A DNA stretch of 64,000 nucleotides from Candidatus Omnitrophota bacterium (GCA_030650275.1 JAUSEK010000019.1:144-64143); one strand, 5' to 3'; positions 39,449 to 49,309 are shown, counted from the stretch's first letter. Notes: generated by a model from the letters alone, not told the origin. Made by a program: numbers and translations.

Positions 39449-42400
39449 ATGTTCAACGAGGAATCATTAGAAAAAGCCGTCATTGAGCTATTTGCAGGGC
39501 AACAAATCCCGCACTGCAAAGGTGAGACCATTCATAAAGAAATGAGTGATGTCTTGCTTCGCGATGATTTGAAGAAGTTTTTGCTCAATCAATACGCTGC
39601 TGAAGATATTACTCAGCAGGAAATTGAAAGCATCATCCGTAGTTTAGACTTTTTTCCAAGTTCAGCTTTATACGAAAGTAATAAAGCCATCATAAAATTA
39701 TTGGCAGATGGCTTTACAATAAAGAGGGCAGACCGTAGTAAGAAGGATCTCCGCATTCATCTGATAGACTTTGTAACAGACAATAACATTTATAAGTTCG
39801 TGAACCAATTGGAAATATTAGGTTACGAAAAACGTATCCCTGACGGCATTGTTTATATCAATGGCTTGCCATTAGTAGTAATCGAATTTAAAAGCGCAGT
39901 AAAAGAAAATACCACCGTCAAAGATGCCTACACTCAGTTAACGGTTCGCTACCGTAGGGATATTCCAGAGTTGTTTAAATACAATGCTTTTTGTGTAATA
40001 AGCGATGGCGTGAATAACAAAATAGGCTCTCTTTTTGCTCAATATGATTTCTTTTACGCATGGCGGAAAGTAAATCCTGAAGATGAAGCGGTAGATGGCA
40101 TCAATTCGCTTTATAGCATGGTGCAGGGCTTGTTTAACAAACAGCGCCTAAAAGATGTAATTCGTAACTTCATTTATTTCCCTGACACAGCTAAAGACGA
40201 TATAAAGATTGTATGCCGCTATCCGCAATACTACGCCGCTAACAAATTGTTTGATAGCGTTAAGTTGAATATGCGACCACACGGAAGCGGAAAGGGCGGA
40301 ACTTATTTCGGGGCAACTGGCTGCGGCAAAAGTTTCACCATGCTATATCTCACGCGGTTGCTCATGAAAAGCCCACACTTTGCAAGCCCGACCATTGTAT
40401 TGATCACCGATCGAACTGATTTAGACGACCAGCTATCAACACAATTTACCAATGCCAAAAGTTTTATTGGCGATGAAAATGTCATCAGCGTAGAAACCCG
40501 TGCCGAACTTAAAACACTGTTACAGAACAGAAAAAGTGGCGGTGTTTTTCTTACCACCATTCACAAGTTTACAGAAAGCACTGAGTTGCTCACCGATAGA
40601 TCAAATGTGATTTGTATTTCAGACGAAGCGCACCGTTCACAGATCAACCTTGACCAAAGAATAGAAGTTACCGATCAAGGGGTAGCTAAGAAATTCGGCT
40701 TTGCCAAGTACCTGCACGATTCTTTACCACAGGCTACTTACGTGGGCTTCACCGGTACGCCTATTGATGCAACGCTCGATGTGTTTGGTGAGGTAGTAGA
40801 TGCCTACACCATGAAGGAATCAGTGAACGATGAAATTACCGTTAGAATCGTTTATGAAGGCAGAGCCGCTAAAGTATTACTCAATGAGCAGAAACTGAAA
40901 GAGATTGAAGAATATTACAAGAAGTGTTCGGAAGAAGGCGCGAATGAATATCAGGTGGAAGAAAGTAAAAGAGTCGTTACGCAAATGGAAGTTATTTTGG
41001 GCGACCCAAAGCGATTGAAATTAGTAGCCGCAGACTTTGTGGAACATTACGAAAAGCGCATTGAAGAAGGATCTACCATAAGAGGCAAAGCAATGTTTGT
41101 AGCCAGTAGCCGCCCCATTGCTTACGATTTGTATAAAGAAATCATTGCCTTACGACCAGAGTGGGCTGAAGCAAAAGAATGCGAGGAAGGCGTAGAATTG
41201 ACTGCAGAAGAAAAGAGAGAGCTAAAGCCCATTGAGAAAATCAAAATGGTCATGACTCGGCATAGAGATGATCCAAAAGAGCTGTATGACATGCTTGGAA
41301 CAAAAGAAAGCAGAAAAGAGCTAGACCGGCAATTTAAGATTACAAAATCGAATTTCAAAATTGCAATAGTCGTTGATATGTGGATAACCGGCTTTGATGT
41401 TCCATTTTTAGATACTATGTATATCGATAAGCCCATTCAGCAACATTCATTGATACAAACAATCTCCCGAGTGAATCGTGTGTACGAAGGCAAAGAAGCG
41501 GGATTGGTGGTGGACTACATTGGAATTAAAACCAATATGAATATTGCTTTGGCGAAATATACAAAAGTTGGTAGTGATGATTTTGAAGATGTAGGCAAAG
41601 CGGTTGTAATTGTAAAAGATCAGCTGGACTTGCTTGCAAAGCTCTTTCACAAGTTTGATCTACAACCTTTCTTTAACGGGACAGCAATGCAGCAGCTAAG
41701 TTGCCTTAATAACGCAGCAGAGTTTGTCCAGTTGACAGATGAAATGGAAAAGCGTTTTATTGGATTAACCAAGAAGTTACGATCTGCGTATAGCCTTTGC
41801 TGCAGCAGCGAAGGGCTTAGCGCTAAAGAAAGAGACCACATCCATTTTTATTTTGCCGTTAAAGCCATTATCCACAAATTAACAAAAGGCGATGCGCCCG
41901 ATACGGCACAGATGAATGACAAAGTGAGGGAAATGATTAAAGAGGCCTTGATCAGCGATGGCGTAGAAGAGATTTTCAAGCTAGATAAGAACGACCCAAA
42001 GAACAGTACAGATATTTTCAGCGATGAATACATGGCAAAGATAGAGAAAATTACATTGCCGAATACTAAAATCAAGTTGCTTCAGAAATTGCTGATTCAA
42101 GCAATTGAGGAATTTAAGAAGGTAAACAGAATTAAAGGTGTTGATTTTACCAAGAAGATGAAAAAGCTGGTTGATCTGTATAATGAAAGAAAAGATTTTC
42201 AGGCAATGCAAAGCGATGTGTTGGACGATGTAGCCGAACAGTTTGCGAAGCTGTATAGAGATTTGCAGAAGGAGCGCAACTCATTCATGGATTTAGGAAT
42301 TGATTTTGAAGAAAAGGCATTTTATGACATTCTGAAAGCCATTGCACTGAAATACAAGTTTGAATATCCCGAAGATAAATTGATTGTACTTTCACAAGCA

Positions 42401-42589
42401 GTTAAAAAGATTGTGGACGATAAAGCGAAATATACTGATTGGTCTCATCGTGATGACATCAAAGCAGAATTAAAGATGGATTTGATTTTAGTTCTCGCTG
42501 AACATGGTTACCCCCCAGTACCCAAAGATGAAGTTTTTAAAGAAATATTTGAACAGGCCGAGAATTTCAAGAAATATAGTGAATTATAA
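39449..42589 (+). CDS. hsdR: Type I restriction enzyme, R (endonuclease/translocase) subunit.
   Basis: A 1046-aa protein with an N-terminal PD-(D/E)xK-like nuclease region, SF2 motifs (GSGKS..., DEAH in ISDEAHRSQ), and a C-terminal helical domain. Confidence 0.9.
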   Translation: MFNEESLEKAVIELFAGQQIPHCKGETIHKEMSDVLLRDDLKKFLLNQYAAEDITQQEIESIIRSLDFFPSSALYESNKAIIKLLADGFTIKRADRSKKDLRIHLIDFVTDNNIYKFVNQLEILGYEKRIPDGIVYINGLPLVVIEFKSAVKENTTVKDAYTQLTVRYRRDIPELFKYNAFCVISDGVNNKIGSLFAQYDFFYAWRKVNPEDEAVDGINSLYSMVQGLFNKQRLKDVIRNFIYFPDTAKDDIKIVCRYPQYYAANKLFDSVKLNMRPHGSGKGGTYFGATGCGKSFTMLYLTRLLMKSPHFASPTIVLITDRTDLDDQLSTQFTNAKSFIGDENVISVETRAELKTLLQNRKSGGVFLTTIHKFTESTELLTDRSNVICISDEAHRSQINLDQRIEVTDQGVAKKFGFAKYLHDSLPQATYVGFTGTPIDATLDVFGEVVDAYTMKESVNDEITVRIVYEGRAAKVLLNEQKLKEIEEYYKKCSEEGANEYQVEESKRVVTQMEVILGDPKRLKLVAADFVEHYEKRIEEGSTIRGKAMFVASSRPIAYDLYKEIIALRPEWAEAKECEEGVELTAEEKRELKPIEKIKMVMTRHRDDPKELYDMLGTKESRKELDRQFKITKSNFKIAIVVDMWITGFDVPFLDTMYIDKPIQQHSLIQTISRVNRVYEGKEAGLVVDYIGIKTNMNIALAKYTKVGSDDFEDVGKAVVIVKDQLDLLAKLFHKFDLQPFFNGTAMQQLSCLNNAAEFVQLTDEMEKRFIGLTKKLRSAYSLCCSSEGLSAKERDHIHFYFAVKAIIHKLTKGDAPDTAQMNDKVREMIKEALISDGVEEIFKLDKNDPKNSTDIFSDEYMAKIEKITLPNTKIKLLQKLLIQAIEEFKKVNRIKGVDFTKKMKKLVDLYNERKDFQAMQSDVLDDVAEQFAKLYRDLQKERNSFMDLGIDFEEKAFYDILKAIALKYKFEYPEDKLIVLSQAVKKIVDDKAKYTDWSHRDDIKAELKMDLILVLAEHGYPPVPKDEVFKEIFEQAENFKKYSEL

Positions 42590-42647
42590 AAATAGGGTCC
42601 TATTTTAAGTGCCAGTTCTTTTATTAATTTATTAAGGATTTTTTATT

Positions 42648-42676
42648 AGAAATAGTAACAGGCGCTAATTTTTTTA
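42648..42676. repeat. Junction motif AGAAATAGTAACAGGCGCTAATTTTTTTA.
   Basis: A near-identical copy at 49313-49340 directly abuts the mazG-like start codon. Confidence 0.7.
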
Positions 42677-42733
42677 AGATGAACACTATGAGTGTTTAGC
42701 GAAATGGACGTGATTTGGTAAGGGCGGTATAAA

Positions 42734-44380
42734 TTGGGAACGAAAATAAGAAAATATAATCTCAAGGAACTCGTTCGTTTTATCGAGTCGAAGCATGTTG
42801 CTGTCCCAGAGTTTCAGCGCGGGTTTGTCTGGAAAACGGGACAGGTTAAGAAGCTTTTCGATAGTCTCATAAAACAATATCCTGTGGGTAGTTTTATTCT
42901 TTGGGAAACAAACAAGCATATCGATGCCCGAACTTTGGATGGTGAAAAATTGCCTCAAAGAAAGTTCTTGATATTAGATGGGCAACAGAGAATGGCAAGT
43001 ATATATTACCTTTGTCGCCAAAAGAAATTTGTTGAGCCTCGTGTGAAAGATAAGTTTCATGAAACCTGCGATAATCGCGAACGTCAAGTTATTGACTTCG
43101 AGAAGTTTTATATCGACAGAAACAAAAAGGGACCGGTTCTGGAATATGCTCGGGAAAGTTCGTGTGAATTGGATTTTAATAAATTCTCTCGTCTCGTTCG
43201 AAATAGCTATCGGGTGCCTGTAATAACTATTTCATTGAACGACTATCACCACGCGATAGAAGTATTTGAGCGTATCAATCAGGCGGGCACTCGTATTTCA
43301 ACGGAATCAATATTCTTATCAGAGACTTGGAATCAGCATTCCAATATTGGTAAAATTTTGAGAACATGGAAAAGGCAAAACAGAGAAGCTCTTACCAGCG
43401 GAATAGACACTGTTATCTTTATACATGTTTTCGCGATAATTTTACAGTTAGAGAAACGGAAGCAACAAACAGTCGAGATAGGAATTACTACGCTAAAAAA
43501 GATAGCCGAAGAAGTTCATCAGCATACAAGTAACACATATAACAAGATTTTTAAAGATGTCGTAGATTCAGTGGCCCGCGCAGTTACTCATTTAAAAGAA
43601 GAATATGAGATCGTTTCCCTTAGCGATTTGCCTTCGCAGACAATGATTACGATTTTAGCGGTATTTTCTTACTATCGAAAAAGAGCACCTACTAAGAAGC
43701 AGGCAACTGAGTTGAGAAAATGGTTCTGGCGATCGTCACTTTCTAATCGGTATATCGGTTCTGGCTACTCGCAACATATTGGCATGGATGCTAAGAAGAT
43801 GCGTGATTTGGCTGAGCATAATCGCGACTTGAAAATCTCCCCAGCGGATATAAAAATATTTGCGAAAGTTAAAGGTGTTGATATACGTGCTGGTCGTTCG
43901 ACTTACCGTAATATTATTAAACAGGCTCTTTGGCAACAAACCCCAATTTTTATAAATGGAAAAAAGATAAGTCGGGATGATGTTGAATCCGGCCAGCATA
44001 AACCAGAAGATGACCATTTTTTCCCTTATGATTTATATCGAAAAGGTATCTCTGGACAAGAAATCAATAATATATTGAATATTCATTTTTTGAATGGAGA
44101 CGAGAATAGCAGAAAAAAGAATCGTTTACCATCGGAGTGGTTACAAGAACAGATTGACGATATTGGAGCAAATGCTAGCATAGTCGAAAAATATTTTTCC
44201 AGTCAGCTGCTGCCATTTAGAAATTTGAAAGATCTTCGCAGATATGAGCGTGCCTTTAAAGAAAAAGGGATGCGGGCGAAACAGAGTAAGTTTGCGCGTA
44301 GTTATCAGAGTTTTTTATGGCGTAGATTTAAGCTGTTTGAAAAAACGCTTAATCGCCTACAAAATGGCCGATTGAAATAG
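42734..44380 (+). CDS. GmrSD-family protein (DUF262 N-terminal ParB/Srx-like NTPase domain plus DUF1524 His-Me finger C-terminus). A type IV modification-dependent restriction endonuclease-like protein.
   Basis: The DUF262 hallmark DGQQR (ILDGQQRMASIYY) and a C-terminal H..EDDHFFPY His-Me-finger-like motif. TTG start per the track; AT-rich. Confidence 0.75.
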   Translation: MGTKIRKYNLKELVRFIESKHVAVPEFQRGFVWKTGQVKKLFDSLIKQYPVGSFILWETNKHIDARTLDGEKLPQRKFLILDGQQRMASIYYLCRQKKFVEPRVKDKFHETCDNRERQVIDFEKFYIDRNKKGPVLEYARESSCELDFNKFSRLVRNSYRVPVITISLNDYHHAIEVFERINQAGTRISTESIFLSETWNQHSNIGKILRTWKRQNREALTSGIDTVIFIHVFAIILQLEKRKQQTVEIGITTLKKIAEEVHQHTSNTYNKIFKDVVDSVARAVTHLKEEYEIVSLSDLPSQTMITILAVFSYYRKRAPTKKQATELRKWFWRSSLSNRYIGSGYSQHIGMDAKKMRDLAEHNRDLKISPADIKIFAKVKGVDIRAGRSTYRNIIKQALWQQTPIFINGKKISRDDVESGQHKPEDDHFFPYDLYRKGISGQEINNILNIHFLNGDENSRKKNRLPSEWLQEQIDDIGANASIVEKYFSSQLLPFRNLKDLRRYERAFKEKGMRAKQSKFARSYQSFLWRRFKLFEKTLNRLQNGRLK

Positions 44381-44388
44381 GATTCAGT

Positions 44389-44492
44389 TGGAAACAATTT
44401 CACAATCATAAGGATGTGGCGTTGTCCCTAGTTTTGCAGGCGGCGGAGGTGCTGGAGCATTTCTAGTGGAAATCGCCGCAAGAGGTCAAGAA
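44389..44492 (+). pseudogene. Degenerate fragment of a MazG-like gene, corresponding to residues ~20-54 of the intact copy at 49341, with an in-frame TAG.
   Basis: About 88% nucleotide identity to 49397-49502. Its translation KQFHNHKDVALSLVLQAAEVLEHF*WKSPQEVK compares with the intact KQFHNHKDVALSLVLEAAEVLEHFQWKSPQEVK. Confidence 0.8.
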
Positions 44493-44766
44493 AGTAGCTA
44501 AGAGTTTACTTGCGACGCTTAAACATGGGCAGTGAGTGCTTGATTGGTGTAAAAGACAACAAACGCGAGCAGCTGTCCGTGTGGCTATTGGCCGGGTCTC
44601 GGATGAATTATCGCAACGTTATGGTTGCGATCTTTTTGAATCAAAGTGTGAGGTCATTTATTGACACATTTATGATAGTTATTTTGGTGAGGGAAGAAGT
44701 TATTTTGTAAGAAATTGAGTTTTTATATGAAAAATGCAACAGACCTAAACTATATAAAGACTCGCG

Positions 44767-47700
44767 ATGATTCCTAAATTCAACAAAGGCGACCAGGTTC
44801 AGCGTACAAACGACTCCAGTCGTATCGGGGTTATTGTTGATGTGGATGTTTTACATGGTGGAATTCAATATTATAAAGTTTTTTTTGATGGAGAAGAACG
44901 TCCGGTTCTTTCAGAGTTTGATATTCGGCCCCACATAGAGGGGGTTTCGCCAGTGGATGTCTTAAGGCTGGGGCACTTGGGATTTTTCGAAGAATTTCAG
45001 TTGAACATCCTTTATCAGAAGCTTTCTAAGATTAATATCCTTACAAATAACCTTTATTCATTTAATGCCTCCCGAACCAATTTTTATCCGTATCAGTTCA
45101 AGCCACTTCTCAAGTTTCTGGATTCTTTCAACAATCGCGTTCTTATTGCGGATGAGGTAGGTCTTGGTAAAACTATTGAGGCGGGTCTTATTTTTCAGGA
45201 ATTAAAAGCGAGGCAAAATCTCCAACGGATTCTTGTCGTTTGCCCGTCAGGTCTGAAAGACAAATGGAAGATGGAAATGGAACATCGCTTTGGGGAAGAA
45301 TTTAATATTTGGCGTCGGCCAGACCTCATGCGTTTCTTGGATAAGCTTGAGGAGTCTTATGCGGTTCAGTCCTTGAAGGTTATTATTCCACTTGAAACTA
45401 TTCGCTACAGGGGTGTAGTTGAACGAATAGAAGAGATCGGTCCTGCATTTGATTTGGTGATCATTGATGAAGCGCATCATATGCGAAATCAGACAACGCT
45501 GAACCATAGGACTGGAAAAGTTTTGAGCGATTTTGCAGATGCTATGGTTATGTTAACGGCAACCCCAGTGCAAATGGGGAATAGAGATCTTTTTAATTTA
45601 TTGCATATTTTAGATGATGAGAACTTTTCAAATCATCAAGTTTCGGAGGAACTCTTTACTCAAAATGAACCTGTTGTCTTGGCCCAAACATGTTTGAGCC
45701 ATATTCCCGCAGATCTTGAAAGAGCTGGGGAGTTGTTAACCGATTTTTTTGCGGATTTAGATAAGGCAAGGAAGCCTTATCAGCATAATCTTTGTTTGGA
45801 TGTTATTGATCGGATGAAGCAGCTCAAGGCAGTTGATCAGCGATTGCCAGAATATCGTCGCCAGTTAGTCGATATTCAGAGGAATGTGTCGGAATTAAAC
45901 TTTCTAGGACATATTCTAAATCGCACTCGCAAGAGAGATGTTAAAGAAAAGATCGTGTTACGACAGGCTAAAACTGTGAAGGTGGATCTATCTGATAAGG
46001 AGAAGGTGTTTTATAAGGCTGTAGAGGCCTTTGTGCGGGCGGATGCAAAGAGGCGGGGCATTGATTCAAGGGTGATTGGATGGATGCTGATCAATCCGTT
46101 AAGACGTACGGCTTCGTGTATATCAGCTATGGTGGAGCATTATAAGCAGCATTTAGATAATTCTGAAGTTGAGGATGATGATCCTCTAGATGATGAGAGT
46201 GATGAGAAAACAGAGTCAAAAAGCTCAGGTTTTGAATTGGCGCGTAATAATCTTTTGGAAATTATTAACACTTGGGGAGGGTCTACTGAAGATACGAAAT
46301 TTCAAAAGTTTATGGAGGCTATTCAGAAGTTAAAGAAAGAGGATGGGAAGCTCAAAATAATGGTTTTTGCTTTTTATAAGGCAACCTTACGTTATCTTTC
46401 TAAAAAATTGAAAGCTGCGGGGATAAAAAATCTTATTATTTCAGGAGACGTGCCTTATAAAGAGCGAGCGGCATTGATTAATCAATTTAAGGACGAAAAT
46501 TCTTCTATAGAAGTGTTGTTGTCATCAAGGGTCGGCAGTGAAGGTTTAGATTTTCAATTTTGCGATACCATGGTTAATTATGATCTTCCATGGAACCCAA
46601 TGGAGGTTGAGCAGAGAATAGGACGCCTTGATCGTATTGGGCAGCGCTCCCAAAAGATCAGAATTTATAACATGTCTTTGGCGGATACAATAGAGGATCG
46701 GGTGCTTATGCGGCTTTATGAACGGATCGGGATTTTTGAACGTTCGATAGGAGGATTGGAGCCTATTATGGGCGCGCAGATCCAGGAACTTGTTACTGAG
46801 GTGTTGACCAAAGAGCTTTCTGCTAAAGAGCAGGAGGATCTTGTTGAACGCAAGGCATTGATTTTGGAGAAGAAAGAACGGGAGATGCGTGAGCTGGAGG
46901 AAAAATCGGCAAAATTTATTGGGGTAGATACTTATTTTGAAGATGAGATTGCAAGAATACAGAAAACAAGAAGATATATAACTCCGCAGCAGTTGAAAAA
47001 GTTTATTCTTTATTTTTTAGAGCGGTTCTTCCCAAAGACTCGCTTTGAATATTCCGAAAAGACTTGCCTAGGGAAGATTGTGGCTGATCAAGCGTTGCAA
47101 GGTTTTATCTCAAAATGTGAAAAGTCACATGATTTATCAAGATTTTATTCTACGGATGGGGTTGAAATTACCTTTGATTCTGATACGGCTTTGCAGAATC
47201 CCAGTATAGAGTTTCTAAATAATACGCATCCACTAACAGCTCTTATCTTAAGGTATTATCAAGAAAATCCGATTCATCACAATAATGCTTATTTTGTTAA
47301 ACTTGATACGAATATTGCGCCTAAGGGGAAATATTTTTTTTATGTATTCCGACTTAAAATCGAAGCGGCGCGACACACCAACACGATTGAGACAGTTTTT
47401 ATTGATGAAACCCTTAATGAGATTTGCCCAGGAGAAGATTCCGAGGTTTTGTTAGGTGAGATGCTAGAGAGCGGGCGGAGATCGGAAGATGGAAGCTCTT
47501 TTTCTATTGATCCAGGTTATTTGGATCAGTCCCATCGTATGGCGCTAGGGACATTTTTAAAGAATAAGGAACAAAGAAAATCTGATGCGGAACGGAGCAA
47601 TAACCTTTTGATTGAAGGTCGAGTAGCCAGTATTCGATTAAATTTTGAAAAGAAGATTAAACAGAAACAGAAATTATTAGAAAGGGGTATTCAGGGGAAT

Positions 47701-47847
47701 AAGAAAAAGAGTTATCTTACGATGCTAGAGGGGGAGATTAGGAAATATAGAAATCAAATGGAGGCTGGCATCACTTTGGAGGAGACCAAACGGAGCGTCA
47801 GTTGTTCGCATGTTGAAATTGCTGCAGGGATTCTGGAGATCGTGTAG
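44767..47847 (+). CDS. SNF2-family (Swi2/Snf2, RapA/HepA-like) helicase/translocase of 1026 aa with an N-terminal Tudor/SH3-like domain.
   Basis: Motif I DEVGLGKTIEAG, motif II DEAHHMRN, and a helicase-C region (..LSSRVGSEGLDFQFCDTMVNYDLPWNP...QRIGRLDRIGQ). The N-terminus KGDQVQR...RIGVIVDV....YYKVFFDG resembles the RapA N-terminal Tudor-like fold. Confidence 0.85.
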   Translation: MIPKFNKGDQVQRTNDSSRIGVIVDVDVLHGGIQYYKVFFDGEERPVLSEFDIRPHIEGVSPVDVLRLGHLGFFEEFQLNILYQKLSKINILTNNLYSFNASRTNFYPYQFKPLLKFLDSFNNRVLIADEVGLGKTIEAGLIFQELKARQNLQRILVVCPSGLKDKWKMEMEHRFGEEFNIWRRPDLMRFLDKLEESYAVQSLKVIIPLETIRYRGVVERIEEIGPAFDLVIIDEAHHMRNQTTLNHRTGKVLSDFADAMVMLTATPVQMGNRDLFNLLHILDDENFSNHQVSEELFTQNEPVVLAQTCLSHIPADLERAGELLTDFFADLDKARKPYQHNLCLDVIDRMKQLKAVDQRLPEYRRQLVDIQRNVSELNFLGHILNRTRKRDVKEKIVLRQAKTVKVDLSDKEKVFYKAVEAFVRADAKRRGIDSRVIGWMLINPLRRTASCISAMVEHYKQHLDNSEVEDDDPLDDESDEKTESKSSGFELARNNLLEIINTWGGSTEDTKFQKFMEAIQKLKKEDGKLKIMVFAFYKATLRYLSKKLKAAGIKNLIISGDVPYKERAALINQFKDENSSIEVLLSSRVGSEGLDFQFCDTMVNYDLPWNPMEVEQRIGRLDRIGQRSQKIRIYNMSLADTIEDRVLMRLYERIGIFERSIGGLEPIMGAQIQELVTEVLTKELSAKEQEDLVERKALILEKKEREMRELEEKSAKFIGVDTYFEDEIARIQKTRRYITPQQLKKFILYFLERFFPKTRFEYSEKTCLGKIVADQALQGFISKCEKSHDLSRFYSTDGVEITFDSDTALQNPSIEFLNNTHPLTALILRYYQENPIHHNNAYFVKLDTNIAPKGKYFFYVFRLKIEAARHTNTIETVFIDETLNEICPGEDSEVLLGEMLESGRRSEDGSSFSIDPGYLDQSHRMALGTFLKNKEQRKSDAERSNNLLIEGRVASIRLNFEKKIKQKQKLLERGIQGNKKKSYLTMLEGEIRKYRNQMEAGITLEETKRSVSCSHVEIAAGILEIV

Positions 47848-49309
47848 AGTTTTTTTTCAAAAAAAGTCGTTATCTGGTCAGAAAGTCAAACCGGAAGATC
47901 AGACCGAAAGTCCTGCCGCTGCGCCTGCAATTATCAAGACATCATCTGGGAAGCTTCCCATTCATGTTGGTATTGATTTTGGAACAAGTTGTTCTAAAGC
48001 GTGTTATCAAATCCAAGATGGAAGGGAGAAGGTTTACTTAATTGATTTTAAACATCAGTTAAAGTCTTTTCCTTCATACGTTATTCCTTCAGTTCTTATT
48101 GGTGATGAGCAAAATCGGATATATATAGGTGAAGAGGCAGGTGAGGCTGTAGAAGCAGGAAAATGGGGATTAGGGTTAAGAAATTTTAAAACACTCTTAG
48201 CGTCAGTTCAGAATGAGGATTTTGTTGACAAAGTTTCCGCATCTCATTTCAAGGAAAATTTACAACTATTAGGTCTTGATAAGGAGGGCGTTGGAGTATC
48301 AGAAGTTACGTCTCTTTATGTTGCCTATATGATGCACCGATGCAGAGATTTTCTAAAGCGTCAATATGTAGGCAGAGAATTGCATATTAATTATAATGTG
48401 TGTATTCCTATCGATTATGCTGAAGATAATCTCGTAAGAAAAGACTTTGAAAAAATGTTGGCTGTAGCTCAGGAACTCTACAGATTTTGGGAACGAGAGA
48501 AAGGTGAGTCGCGCAGTTTATTACGTCTTGCCAGTGAATTAAAAAGCCAGTGTGTATATGATGAAACTCAAATGAATGTTTTTGCTATTCCTGAGGCTGT
48601 CGCAGAACTGGTTGGTTATCGTAAGTCTGCGGATAGGGAGGCAGGCTTGTACGCTCTTATTGATATTGGTTCGGGAACAACCGACGTATCGATTTTTAGA
48701 CTTGACCGAGGTTTGAAAGAGCGTGCTGTGTGGTTGTCATCAGATGCTATACCTATGGGCATGTATCAATTAGAGAAATTAGTTGTGAAAGCTTTGAGGA
48801 AACAAGGACATGATGATTCGTTGGGTGAAGTTTATAGAGCTTTCGAGAATTTTAAGGAAATTTCAACCGGGCTTCAGGAGGATGTGTTCTTAAGAATAAG
48901 AAAGAGGATTAGGGCTTTTATTAGAAGTGATGAGTATAAAAGACCTTGGAGATCTGCTCATATCAAATTGAGGAAACAAAGAAGAGAGAGTTTGGATGAT
49001 ATAAAGATTGTTTTTCTCGCAGGAGGAGGAGCAAAGATTGCCTTGGCCAAAGGCATGAATTTTCTTTTTAGTTCATCGCCGCTTGCTTCATCGGCGGTTT
49101 CTAAAAAGCCCTATAACTTGTCAGCGTTGTCCTGTTCTCCCAATCTAGAGGGTGCTTTGGTTTCTGATTTTTGGCGCCTATCCGTGGCTTATGGATTAAG
49201 TTTTCCAGCACCAAAGTTGGGAGAATATAAGCTTCCGAAAGATTTTCCAGAGGATAATCCGCCTTCTTTACCAATACAGGATTGGCCGGATAGGGATGAT
49301 ACGCGGTAA
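47810..49309 (+). CDS. Hsp70/actin-fold (ASKHA superfamily) ATPase of 499 aa. Its start overlaps the 3' end of the SNF2 gene by 38 nt.
   Basis: Phosphate-1 motif HVGIDFGTSCSKA (compare DnaK IGIDLGTTNS), a connect motif VFAIPEAVAELVGY, and phosphate-2 ALIDIGSGTTDVSIF (compare DnaK DLGGGTFDVS). Confidence 0.75.
   Translation: MLKLLQGFWRSCRVFFQKKSLSGQKVKPEDQTESPAAAPAIIKTSSGKLPIHVGIDFGTSCSKACYQIQDGREKVYLIDFKHQLKSFPSYVIPSVLIGDEQNRIYIGEEAGEAVEAGKWGLGLRNFKTLLASVQNEDFVDKVSASHFKENLQLLGLDKEGVGVSEVTSLYVAYMMHRCRDFLKRQYVGRELHINYNVCIPIDYAEDNLVRKDFEKMLAVAQELYRFWEREKGESRSLLRLASELKSQCVYDETQMNVFAIPEAVAELVGYRKSADREAGLYALIDIGSGTTDVSIFRLDRGLKERAVWLSSDAIPMGMYQLEKLVVKALRKQGHDDSLGEVYRAFENFKEISTGLQEDVFLRIRKRIRAFIRSDEYKRPWRSAHIKLRKQRRESLDDIKIVFLAGGGAKIALAKGMNFLFSSSPLASSAVSKKPYNLSALSCSPNLEGALVSDFWRLSVAYGLSFPAPKLGEYKLPKDFPEDNPPSLPIQDWPDRDDTR

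Noticed and set aside
44767-47847. The SNF2 protein as housekeeping rapA/hepA.
   Set aside because: It has a RapA-like N-terminal Tudor-type domain. However, the gene is AT-rich relative to the core genome and lies between defense genes within the island. It is fused in an overlapping operon with an Hsp70-like ATPase, which RapA loci lack. I treated it as island cargo, although the housekeeping possibility is not fully excluded.
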